13,175 nt of DNA from a virus, in IMG/VR virus record IMGVR_UViG_3300027911_000636; one strand, 5' to 3'. The first letter of the stretch is position 1. The number at the start of each line of letters is the position of its first letter. The notes below the pieces were generated by a model. It was not told where the DNA came from. It saw only the letters and a program-made list of their open reading frames with translations, and searched no databases. The position numbers were made by a program, and so were the translations under genes. Of this stretch, positions 1 to 6,966 are shown piece after piece.

Positions 1-332
1 GGGAAAAGGCGAAGAGGGCCATCGCCAAACTGCAACGTGACCACGAAATGGAATACAGGGCAACCCTCGTCAAAAAGACCAAGCAGGCTGAGGCGCTTTG
101 GAAGAAGCGCGGTTCCGCGCTGGTCTCGCAGGTTGAGGGTTACATCAAGACAGCGGCAGCGAAGGGGCACCACGGCACTTACGCGCCGTCTGACCTGAAC
201 CCTAACGGAGACGAGGTCATCTGGGTCAAGGACGCCGACCTGCCGATCCACGAGATGCTGATGAACCACTTTCGCAACGAAGGCTATGCTGTGGAGGAGT
301 ACCAGAGCGGCGGAATGAAGATCACCTGGTAG
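1..332 (+). CDS. Hypothetical protein, 5'-partial. The reading frame is open from the window edge (codon phase from nt 3); the first in-window ATG is at 48.
   Basis: No stop in the frame between nt 3 and 332. GC3-rich codons match the neighbours. An ATG lies at 48 but has no obvious SD. Stop is TAG at 330-332. Confidence 0.5.
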   Translation, partial: EKAKRAIAKLQRDHEMEYRATLVKKTKQAEALWKKRGSALVSQVEGYIKTAAAKGHHGTYAPSDLNPNGDEVIWVKDADLPIHEMLMNHFRNEGYAVEEYQSGGMKITW

Positions 333-340
333 AGGCGAAC

Positions 341-523
341 ATGGACATTGATTTCCATACAGCTAGACGCTTGGAATTGGCAGCTCTTGCTGAAGAAATT
401 GAAAACTCAGACCGTCCTTCGCGAGTCAAAGTCATCCGGTTGAAACACATCCGAGATGAGATGTCAAAGCTGGTAGCGGAGACAGAGGCAGCTATAGAGG
501 CAATAGAGAAGGCACAGGAATGA
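341..523 (+). CDS. Small hypothetical protein (60 aa), predicted helical and acidic.
   Basis: ATG at 341 preceded by GAGG about 7 nt upstream. Its stop overlaps the next start as ATGA (520-523). Confidence 0.5.
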   Translation: MDIDFHTARRLELAALAEEIENSDRPSRVKVIRLKHIRDEMSKLVAETEAAIEAIEKAQE

Positions 524-1035
524 AGTTGTCGTTTATCGGCATGTCCGGGGCTGGAAAGTCCTACTGGGCGCAGAAGCTATCCGGCACTTTCCACGTCATC
601 GGCATTGACGACATGATCGCGAAGAAGCTTGGTCTCGCAGATGTGGGCAGTGTGGCGAGCTGGATGGGCTGGCCGGACGAACCCGGCTACCGCGAGCGCG
701 AGCAGCGATATTTGGAGTGTGAAGTGTCGTCTATGAACGAGGCCTTGGACGAAATCCAAGCCAGCGAAGAAAACATCATCTTGGACACATCGGGTAGCGT
801 GGTGTACATGAGCGAGGCAATTTGCGACCGGATGAAAAGCCTGACCTCGGTGACGTACTTTGAGGACACGGATGAGGCGCTGCTCCAGCGTTATCTTTCT
901 AACCCCAAGCCCTTGATCTGGGGAGACCAATTTGACCAGCTTCCCGGTGAGTCCGCGTCGCATGCAGTCGTACGTTGTTATCCTCGGTTGATTGCCTACC
1001 GGAAGAACCTCTACGAACGCTTGGCAGGCAAGTGA
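520..1035 (+). CDS. P-loop NTPase of the shikimate-kinase-like family (AroK/AroL fold).
   Basis: Walker A GMSGAGKS at aa 7-14. Blocks align to shikimate kinase: IDDMIAKKLGLADVGSVA ~ DSDQEIEKRTGADVGWVF; YREREQRYLECE ~ FRDREEKVINEL; IILDTSGSVVYMSEA ~ IVLATGGGSVKSRET. ATGA overlap with the upstream gene. Confidence 0.8.
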   Translation: MKLSFIGMSGAGKSYWAQKLSGTFHVIGIDDMIAKKLGLADVGSVASWMGWPDEPGYREREQRYLECEVSSMNEALDEIQASEENIILDTSGSVVYMSEAICDRMKSLTSVTYFEDTDEALLQRYLSNPKPLIWGDQFDQLPGESASHAVVRCYPRLIAYRKNLYERLAGK

Positions 1036-1036
1036 T

Positions 1037-1240
1037 ATGCTGGTACATTGTGATAGGTGCAAGAAAAACGTTGAGGGAAACTGGGGCGACACGTTTACTA
1101 GCGGCTTCTACGATGTTTCTGGAGGCTACTGGGCCAAGTATGCACGTCCTTACGAGACGGTCGTCTGCGACTGCTGCATGTGGTGCTCCCCAGAGTACAT
1201 TGCCGATTATGGCGACATGAGTTGTCGGAGTTGTAAATGA
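1037..1240 (+). CDS. Small Cys-rich zinc-ribbon-like protein (67 aa). The ATG at 1037 is preferred over the track's upstream GTG/TTG-type start at 992.
   Basis: ATG lies 2 nt after the upstream stop. Contains CDRC ... CDCCMWC ... CRSC cysteine pairs. Confidence 0.55.
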   Translation: MLVHCDRCKKNVEGNWGDTFTSGFYDVSGGYWAKYARPYETVVCDCCMWCSPEYIADYGDMSCRSCK

Positions 1241-1395
1241 GCTGGCTCCACAAGAAGTGGGTTCAGTCCGCCGCGTACTGGGCTGCCGTGGCTGCCCTGA
1301 TGCTTGCGGACGGTGACCTTGGATGGGACGACGTGGTTATCTTTTTCGTGGCGTTGTGGGGATATTTTAAGCTGATTCTCCGCGCCGCGCTTTAA
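1237..1395 (+). CDS. Small hydrophobic protein (52 aa, one predicted TM helix). Absent from the ORF track because it is under 60 aa.
   Basis: ATG 1237-1239 overlaps TGA 1238-1240 (ATGA coupling). Translation: MSWLHKKWVQSAAYWAAVAALMLADGDLGWDDVVIFFVALWGYFKLILRAAL. Confidence 0.4.
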   Translation: MSWLHKKWVQSAAYWAAVAALMLADGDLGWDDVVIFFVALWGYFKLILRAAL

Positions 1396-1430
1396 TGTAG
1401 TAGCATCTAAGTAAGTGGGGGACATTTCTG

Positions 1431-1676
1431 ATGGGATTCTTAGACCAAATAGACAAGGACAGCTTGGTCTGCACGTTCTGCGGTAAAAAGCCCGTTGTGG
1501 CTTACACTTTTGCCTTGGACGCCGAGATCGTTGATGGCGTGCCTGCCAACCCGGAGTTTGTGCAGGACAGCATCGTCGCAACATGTAAGGAACATGTTTC
1601 CATCCTTCAGGAACAGTTTGAGAAAGACATCAAGGGCGCGGACATCATCTTAGGCTCCGAGGACGGCGATGCCTGA
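1431..1676 (+). CDS. Small C2CH zinc-binding protein (81 aa), paralogue A.
   Basis: GGGGGA SD 8 nt upstream of the ATG. Motifs C-TFCG-KKP-VV-Y ... TCKEH. Confidence 0.6.
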   Translation: MGFLDQIDKDSLVCTFCGKKPVVAYTFALDAEIVDGVPANPEFVQDSIVATCKEHVSILQEQFEKDIKGADIILGSEDGDA

Positions 1677-1914
1677 TTTTCCTATAGACGTGACAGATAG
1701 ACCCTGTGTCAGGTTCGTAGTACGCGACCACAGTAAGATCATGGAAACGGTCAATACCCTCGCTGATGGGATCATAGGCGAAAGCAATGACGGTTGCCAT
1801 TTCTGCGGGGCGGCTCCTATCGTGATCGTCTACCGGGGCTGGAACGATAAGATAGTCACCGCCTGCAAGACGCACGAAGAGATCGTGCTGGAAATGATTG
1901 AAAGGGAAGCATGA
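1669..1914 (+). CDS. Small C2CH zinc-binding protein (81 aa), paralogue B of 1431..1676.
   Basis: ATGA-type overlap with upstream. Motifs C-HFCG-AAP-IV-VY ... ACKTH mirror those of the upstream gene. Confidence 0.6.
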   Translation: MPDFPIDVTDRPCVRFVVRDHSKIMETVNTLADGIIGESNDGCHFCGAAPIVIVYRGWNDKIVTACKTHEEIVLEMIEREA

Positions 1915-2432
1915 CCAAGGACGAATACCGCGAGCACATGCGGACGTACAGCCGAGAGACGATGACGTCCTCCGCCCCTGCGGTTTATACGCACCCCGAC
2001 TATCAGGCGCTTCACGCGGCGGGCGACGAGATCATCCCGTGGCTGCTTGACGATCTGCTTGATCGGGACTGGCATTGCAACCTGTGCTTCGGCTTCGGCG
2101 ACGAATTCGCGCTCGGCTGGCAGGAGGCTTGGGACAAAGGCGACAAGACTTGGCCCCCGAAGACCACAGGCAACCGCTGTCCGAAGTGCAAAGGCAAGGG
2201 GAACATCTCTTCGTGGGCTGCGATGCACCTGCTGTTTGAGAAGACGCGGGCGCGGGGCGTCGCCCCGGTGGTTGAAGACTGGATGCGAGGACGGCACACT
2301 GCGCTGACAAAACTATGGCGCAAGTGGGGTGAACAGCAGGGATACCTTCCGCCAACCCCGGATGAGAAACTTGGCGCTTTCGCAACGATCAGACGAACCA
2401 TGTCAGGTCTGTTCAAGCTGTGGGTGGGATGA
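1911..2432 (+). CDS. Hypothetical protein (173 aa) with two DnaJ/CR-type CxxCxGxG zinc-finger motifs.
   Basis: CNLCFGFG and CPKCKGKG lie about 27 aa apart. ATGA overlap with upstream. Confidence 0.65.
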   Translation: MTKDEYREHMRTYSRETMTSSAPAVYTHPDYQALHAAGDEIIPWLLDDLLDRDWHCNLCFGFGDEFALGWQEAWDKGDKTWPPKTTGNRCPKCKGKGNISSWAAMHLLFEKTRARGVAPVVEDWMRGRHTALTKLWRKWGEQQGYLPPTPDEKLGAFATIRRTMSGLFKLWVG

Positions 2433-2833
2433 TGGAATTCACCGGATACGTTGAAGACTACCGCCTGCGCGACCTTCTCAGGATCGGGCAGACAGCGACG
2501 ATCCTCTCAGGAACAAGGGTGCATGTCCTGTTTCCCAAGCTGGAGCAACGGTCGTACTCCCTCTTTCGCGGCAAGGATTGTAGCGACGCAGTAGACCCTC
2601 GGCACCTACGAAACGATTTGCCCCGTGACAAAGCCCACCGGGAGTACTACGATCTTGGGTCTGATCGCACCGTCAAGGTCACAAATTTCCTGCCCGGACA
2701 CGTTGACATTTACGCCGACAGTATGGGCAAACGCGAGGTACACAACCACCAAGTTGTGTGGACTGAAAAGGACGGGTTGGAGTACCATAGTACAGACATC
2801 AATAACGTGAAGGAGATCAGAGATGCGCATTGA
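2429..2833 (+). CDS. Hypothetical protein (134 aa). ATG at 2429 is chosen over the track's GTG at 2420.
   Basis: ATG 2429-2431 overlaps upstream TGA 2430-2432. No recognisable domain. Confidence 0.55.
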   Translation: MMEFTGYVEDYRLRDLLRIGQTATILSGTRVHVLFPKLEQRSYSLFRGKDCSDAVDPRHLRNDLPRDKAHREYYDLGSDRTVKVTNFLPGHVDIYADSMGKREVHNHQVVWTEKDGLEYHSTDINNVKEIRDAH

Positions 2834-3335
2834 AAAGAGAAGGCTGTGGTTCCTGATAATCCCCTTGTTCATCTTGCCGTTCGCATTGCTGGCGCACGGA
2901 TGCGGTGGAACCGCCCCTGACGCGAAGAACCGCGTGCCCACAGTGCAAGCGCAGCTTGACCAAGCGCAGCAGGCTGCCAAGGCTGCTCAGACGGCCGCTG
3001 ACCAGGCTGCCCAGGTTCAGAAGAACATCCAAGACGCCATTGCTAGGCTTGACAGCAACGGACGCAACTCTGACGGGTCAGTGAAGATCGGGCACCCGGA
3101 GATTAGTGGCGTAGGTACTGTGACGGAGGTCGGTGAGACCGACACCAAGAACGGGGATACCACGACTCACGTTTTCTGGTTCACGTTCAGCGAACGCGGC
3201 GGCTTCGTCAAAAAGTTTGAGAAAGTCTGCCAAGCGATCCCCGTCAACAGTGCGGTCATCCTGAACTTCCACTGGCACCAGGATTCAGGCGACCCCGGAT
3301 GCTATCAAATTGATGGCTACACGGTGGTGAAATGA
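2823..3335 (+). CDS. Exported protein, probably a lipoprotein (170 aa).
   Basis: AAGGAG about 12 nt upstream. N-terminus MRIEKRRLWFLIIPLFILPFALLAHGCGG has a basic n-region, a hydrophobic core and a lipobox-like HGC. An A/Q-rich linker is followed by a beta-rich domain. Confidence 0.65.
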   Translation: MRIEKRRLWFLIIPLFILPFALLAHGCGGTAPDAKNRVPTVQAQLDQAQQAAKAAQTAADQAAQVQKNIQDAIARLDSNGRNSDGSVKIGHPEISGVGTVTEVGETDTKNGDTTTHVFWFTFSERGGFVKKFEKVCQAIPVNSAVILNFHWHQDSGDPGCYQIDGYTVVK

Positions 3336-3610
3336 ATCGCAGAGAATTCATAGGATTCGCCGCCGTCGCCTTGGGTGCTGCCGTGGTAGCACCGAAACTT
3401 CTCCTAGATTGCACGCTTCCTCCGCCCGGCTGGCGTTGCTCACGGGGAGCCGGACACGGCGGTCCCTGTGCAGCCACAGAGACGGTTGAATTCCAACCGC
3501 GCCGTTCCTACAAGGTGGGGGACGTTGTTACAGTGTCAGGCTTCAGCGACCACAGCAACAACGGCACGTGGGTTGTGGTCAAGGACTCCACTTTTGCGAG
3601 GATGGCGTGA
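3332..3610 (+). CDS. Hypothetical protein with a twin-arginine (Tat)-like signal peptide (92 aa).
   Basis: ATGA overlap with upstream. N-terminus MNRREFIGFAAVALGAAVVAP resembles the [ST]RRxF Tat motif followed by an h-region. Confidence 0.5.
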   Translation: MNRREFIGFAAVALGAAVVAPKLLLDCTLPPPGWRCSRGAGHGGPCAATETVEFQPRRSYKVGDVVTVSGFSDHSNNGTWVVVKDSTFARMA

Positions 3611-3924
3611 AGATTGGCGACCGAGAATACGTCTTGGTGCCGAAGTGGCTCTTTGAGAAAATCCACCCGGAGTGCAACAAGTTTTTGCTCAGTATCTACG
3701 AGGACGACCGCGCTGACCTAGACGGGTGCCACGACAACGCGCAGGGCGTAGCTCAAGCGCAGCATCTCATCAAACGCCTCGGTCTAGGTTCTAAGGAACG
3801 CCGCACCGTCATGATCACCGTGGAAGAAGTGCCGGAGTTCACGGGCAAAGTCAACGAGGATGCCATCGCAACCCTCGCGCCTGTCATCAAACGGTACAAG
3901 AATAAAAAGAAGGGGATCAGATAA
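3607..3924 (+). CDS. Hypothetical protein. A GTG start at 3607 is proposed. The track's GTG at 3568 would overlap the upstream gene by 43 nt.
   Basis: GTG 3607-3609 overlaps upstream TGA 3608-3610 (GTGA). GAGGA lies 5 nt upstream. The C-terminus is a lysine-rich tail. Confidence 0.5.
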   Translation: MKIGDREYVLVPKWLFEKIHPECNKFLLSIYEDDRADLDGCHDNAQGVAQAQHLIKRLGLGSKERRTVMITVEEVPEFTGKVNEDAIATLAPVIKRYKNKKKGIR

Positions 3925-4085
3925 TGCAGATTGAAGTCACGGTCAAGAACGACTGGGGTGAGATTGTTGGCAAGTACACAGCTAAGAATGCTTTCCCAGC
4001 GATGGTGGTCAACGTAGCGTTGTGGGAAGGACAACCCGTGGTTACGGACGATAAAGCTAACTGGTACACCGAAGAACGGGAATGA
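3924..4085 (+). CDS. Small hypothetical protein (53 aa). Not in the ORF track.
   Basis: TAATG overlap at 3922-3926 with AAGGGGA 8-14 nt upstream. The 3' end overlaps the next gene as ATGA (4082-4085). Translation: MQIEVTVKNDWGEIVGKYTAKNAFPAMVVNVALWEGQPVVTDDKANWYTEERE. Confidence 0.45.
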   Translation: MQIEVTVKNDWGEIVGKYTAKNAFPAMVVNVALWEGQPVVTDDKANWYTEERE

Positions 4086-4378
4086 CTCGCGTAGTACACG
4101 TGCGCAAAGCTCCTTTTGACGTCTACATCGGTCGGGCGTTCATGGAGTTTAACGAGTCGCCTTGGCACAATCCGTTCAAGATTGAGGTTGGATGCGGGCG
4201 AGATTGTGTTTGCGACAAGTACGAGGCGCACGTGCGCAGCAACCGAGACCTGATGAGGCGGCTGGGTGAACTTCGAGGCAAAACGCTGGGCTGCTGGTGC
4301 AAAAATAAGAACGGCAAGGGCAAGCGGTGCCACGGCGACACCTTAGTGAAGCTCGTGCGCGAAGTGTTCGGAGAATAA
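4082..4378 (+). CDS. DUF4326-family protein (98 aa) with a Cys-rich insertion.
   Basis: Family pattern V-H-V-R ... FDVYIGR ... SPWHNPF ... L-GK-LGCWC ... CHGD-L. An extra CGRDCVC lies between the WxNPF and GCWC motifs. Confidence 0.7.
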   Translation: MTRVVHVRKAPFDVYIGRAFMEFNESPWHNPFKIEVGCGRDCVCDKYEAHVRSNRDLMRRLGELRGKTLGCWCKNKNGKGKRCHGDTLVKLVREVFGE

Positions 4379-4379
4379 A

Positions 4380-4598
4380 GTGATTCGGAGATATACAGTA
4401 GAGCGTCAGGCGATCCATTGGAAGCATGTGGCAGGCGACCAATGGACATGCGTCGTGCGTGGCGTTGCCGAGGGCTACGGAGAGTTCCATTTCCCTCACG
4501 CTGGCGTGTACGTCGTAGTGGGTCAAGAACAAATCCGTAAATTTGTGCAAAACTGGGCTTCCAACAAAGCCGTCATAGACTTGTTCGGGAAAGACTGA
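4380..4598 (+). CDS. Hypothetical protein (72 aa) with a GTG start.
   Basis: GTG at 4380 lies 2 nt after the upstream TAA. GGAGAA is 6 nt upstream. Confidence 0.45.
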   Translation: MIRRYTVERQAIHWKHVAGDQWTCVVRGVAEGYGEFHFPHAGVYVVVGQEQIRKFVQNWASNKAVIDLFGKD

Positions 4599-4763
4599 AT
4601 GCCAAGCCTCAAAGACCAATTGCTCTCCCTCATGGTTTGCAGCGAGTGCGGAGCGCCCATCGAGTTTGACAAGGCGGACAAGTGTTACCGCCACAAGGAA
4701 CCCCTTGATCGCTTTTGTAGAAAAAACGGCTACCCCGTTACCCCCAAAGTCAAAACTTCCTGA
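4599..4763 (+). CDS. Small CxxCG ... CxxH zinc-ribbon-like protein (54 aa). Not in the ORF track.
   Basis: ATG lies immediately after the upstream TGA. Translation: MPSLKDQLLSLMVCSECGAPIEFDKADKCYRHKEPLDRFCRKNGYPVTPKVKTS. The C-x2-CG-x-P ... C-x2-H arrangement resembles 1431..1676 and 1669..1914. Confidence 0.4.
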   Translation: MPSLKDQLLSLMVCSECGAPIEFDKADKCYRHKEPLDRFCRKNGYPVTPKVKTS

Positions 4764-4775
4764 GTACTAAGCAGT

Positions 4776-5003
4776 ATGGCAACACTTCGTGTATCACCGT
4801 GGGAATACAGCGCTATCAGAAAAAATGCCAACGACAAGACTGAGACCGAGTTCGTTCTCTGGATGTTGGAAAAATGGCCTTTCCTCCGCGATCATTTGTA
4901 CGAGGAGATTGAGGTCGTGGTTGATTACGAAAACGGCGACGAACCGTCCGTCTGGGACACCATCCAACCCGGCTACATACTGTCTATCCGCTCCATAAAA
5001 TAG
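4776..5003 (+). CDS. Hypothetical protein (75 aa).
   Basis: ATG start. Acidic and Trp-containing. The overlapping alternative-frame ORF 4789..4998 is rejected. Confidence 0.5.
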   Translation: MATLRVSPWEYSAIRKNANDKTETEFVLWMLEKWPFLRDHLYEEIEVVVDYENGDEPSVWDTIQPGYILSIRSIK

Positions 5004-5011
5004 GAGGCGCG

Positions 5012-5224
5012 ATGCCTATAGTCAGAATTGAGAACCCAGAAAAATTCGTGGGCACAGACGCCAACGAAGCAAGGTTTGAGATCGCAGAGTCCGGCTACGA
5101 GTGCCGCCTCGTCAACGTAGACGGCATCACCCGCTTCAATTACCTCCCCAAGCATGAATACGACCCCCTGCGCCTGAACCTGTGGGTAACAGCAGGGAAA
5201 GTCACCAAGGCTGTAATAGGCTGA
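5012..5224 (+). CDS. Hypothetical protein (70 aa).
   Basis: Strong AGGAGG SD 6-7 nt upstream of the ATG at 5012. Confidence 0.6.
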   Translation: MPIVRIENPEKFVGTDANEARFEIAESGYECRLVNVDGITRFNYLPKHEYDPLRLNLWVTAGKVTKAVIG

Positions 5225-5268
5225 TTCTAAAGAAGTAACTTCACCAGACAATTTCCCTCGCCCGGCTG

Positions 5269-5274
5269 TATACT
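5269..5274 (+). promoter_or_regulatory. Candidate -10 element TATACT in the 56-nt intergenic gap. It may drive a leaderless GTG-initiated transcript starting near 5281.
   Basis: TATACT ends 7 nt before the GTG at 5281, and no SD is present. This is one of only five real intergenic gaps in the window. Confidence 0.25.
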
Positions 5275-5280
5275 ATAGAT

Positions 5281-5583
5281 GTGCCAATTGACCTACCACC
5301 GAATTCTCTCGGCCCCAAGCCGACCAAGAAGCAGATGGAACTGCTTCGCAAAATGGCCGCGCCCGGCATGATCGTCCACACGTGGACGGGCGTCCGTTTA
5401 GACTCCGGGGGCGCTTACATCTCCCTGCCAGACACCAGCAACCACGAAACTGTTAACAGCGGCATGGTCAGCAAGTTTTACGATTGGGGCTGGCTGGAAC
5501 ACGTTGACGGAGATTTCCGAGGGCACAATTACCGCGTATCCGACCGGGGACGAAAAGTCATTGAAAAAGGAGCGACGCGATGA
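5281..5583 (+). CDS. Hypothetical protein (100 aa). A GTG start at 5281 is possibly leaderless. An alternative internal ATG at about 5334 has a weak SD.
   Basis: ORF open from 5281. The 3' end overlaps the next gene as ATGA. Confidence 0.45.
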   Translation: MPIDLPPNSLGPKPTKKQMELLRKMAAPGMIVHTWTGVRLDSGGAYISLPDTSNHETVNSGMVSKFYDWGWLEHVDGDFRGHNYRVSDRGRKVIEKGATR

Positions 5584-5786
5584 TCACGTACGAATTCGCC
5601 AAACGAGATTTGCAGGAAAATGGGGGCAATCCAAAATTCCCCGTGGTGGTGGTGTTGGACAAGCGCGTCGTCGGCAAAATTGATGTCGTTGAGGGCGGGT
5701 ATCAGTATCGCTCCAAGAACAACGACCGGGGAGAGGTTTTCCCAACGTTCCGTGCGTGCCAAAAGTCGCTGGAGGTCTCACAGTGA
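5580..5786 (+). CDS. Hypothetical protein (68 aa).
   Basis: AAGGAG is 8 nt upstream. ATGA overlap with the upstream gene. Confidence 0.55.
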   Translation: MITYEFAKRDLQENGGNPKFPVVVVLDKRVVGKIDVVEGGYQYRSKNNDRGEVFPTFRACQKSLEVSQ

Positions 5787-5947
5787 GAGACGAAGCCTTA
5801 ATCAAAGTGATTGAATCCATCCCGAAGCAGACGCAACGCCAGTACGGCACCGACGAGCAGCTTCTCCATCTCGTCCGCGCCGCGACCAAACTCGGTCTGT
5901 ACGACGCGGCGGACGCAGTCAAGAGGCTGTTGGGGCAAACCCGATGA
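5783..5947 (+). CDS. Small hypothetical protein (54 aa from GTG 5783). The track's GTG at 5756 is the alternative start.
   Basis: GTG 5783-5785 overlaps upstream TGA 5784-5786. GGAGG is 7 nt upstream. The 3' end is coupled ATGA to the next gene. Confidence 0.45.
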   Translation: MRDEALIKVIESIPKQTQRQYGTDEQLLHLVRAATKLGLYDAADAVKRLLGQTR

Positions 5948-6246
5948 TCGGAAAATCTACGCACGAGAACCCTCACAATTTTGAACAGGCGAAGCAGTGG
6001 CTTGCCGAGAACCCCGGTCAGTATGACTACGAGGTCAAGATCGGGCGGCACCACGGGGCGCTCATGACCCGCGAGGAATGGCTCCTAGCCGTGCGCGACA
6101 AGAACTTCATTGACTACGACGGCATGGGCGATGAGGTTGACGAGAACGGGAACATCCTCGGCGGCGCTGGCGGCAACTGGATTTACCCCTCCGGGGCTTT
6201 GTTGATCCGCCCGGAGACGAAGTACATTCTTTGGTACAACCGATAG
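5944..6246 (+). CDS. Hypothetical protein (100 aa).
   Basis: ATGA overlap at 5944-5947. Coding-like composition. Confidence 0.55.
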   Translation: MIGKSTHENPHNFEQAKQWLAENPGQYDYEVKIGRHHGALMTREEWLLAVRDKNFIDYDGMGDEVDENGNILGGAGGNWIYPSGALLIRPETKYILWYNR

Positions 6247-6254
6247 GAGACGAC

Positions 6255-6686
6255 ATGCGATACAACCTGTACTGGTTTGGCATGCTCACGACTGGAAACG
6301 TCGAGCAGGTCGGCAAACTGCTCAGCGAATTGCTGGAAGGCAAGTTCTACACGCTGATCACCGCGCATCCCGTGGCGTACAAGAACCCCGAGGGCGTTGA
6401 CGTCCGCATGTACGTGTACACAAGCCAAAAGCTGGTGGCAGCGGGCACCAGCGACAACAAAGCCATCGTGGCAGAAGTGCGGGATGGTCGCGCCCACATA
6501 TTCATCCACGACACTTACGGCTCGCATTTCATTGATTCCGACTTGCAGGGCGAAACCGCGATACCGGACAGCACCTTCCAGAACCCGTACATCACGTTTG
6601 AGGGCAACCGGGTCACCATCCGGCACCGCGCCCCGGCTGGCAACCTGCTGATCTGGACATTCGCCGTGGAGGATCATTCGGAATAA
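6255..6686 (+). CDS. Hypothetical protein (143 aa). ATG at 6255 is chosen over the track's TTG at 6231.
   Basis: AGGAGA lies 4-5 nt upstream of the ATG at 6255, just after the upstream stop TAG 6244-6246. Confidence 0.55.
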   Translation: MRYNLYWFGMLTTGNVEQVGKLLSELLEGKFYTLITAHPVAYKNPEGVDVRMYVYTSQKLVAAGTSDNKAIVAEVRDGRAHIFIHDTYGSHFIDSDLQGETAIPDSTFQNPYITFEGNRVTIRHRAPAGNLLIWTFAVEDHSE

Positions 6687-6732
6687 CGGCGACCAAGGAC
6701 GGTCGGACGGCATCAAACTAGCAGGGACAACT

Positions 6733-6966
6733 ATGGCTACGGTGAAGACAGCAAGTCTCAAGCAGAGGTACACGCGGCAGATACGCCGCCTGATGAAGTT
6801 GTGGACGCCAGCAGTTGGTCGGACTATTGAAGAGGCGCTGCGGAACCCCGCCGTGTCCCGTGTTTTCAAAGCAGCACAGCACACGCAAAAGCAACTGCAA
6901 GCACGAGGTTTGGAACGTAACCTAATCGGTCGTGGGTGGTACAGACCACAGAGAGAGTCTCAATGA
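6733..6966 (+). CDS. Basic hypothetical protein (77 aa).
   Basis: ATG at 6733 with AGGGA upstream. Follows a 46-nt intergenic gap. Confidence 0.5.
   Translation: MATVKTASLKQRYTRQIRRLMKLWTPAVGRTIEEALRNPAVSRVFKAAQHTQKQLQARGLERNLIGRGWYRPQRESQ

Noticed and set aside
577-1092. 171-aa minus-strand ORF, plus 687..869 (-), 1207..1584 (-), 1830..2297 (-), 2012..2416 (-), 4176..4694 (-) and 6183..6884 (-).
   Set aside because: All lie antisense to + strand genes that have recognisable motifs (Walker A, Zn fingers, DUF4326). None has a start context. All are attributed to GC-rich antisense ORF inflation.
6687-6732. GGACGG direct repeat (GGACGGtcGGACGG) in the 46-nt gap, considered as an operator or terminator.
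   Set aside because: No inverted-repeat partner or U-tract is present. The element is too short and GC-biased to distinguish from chance.
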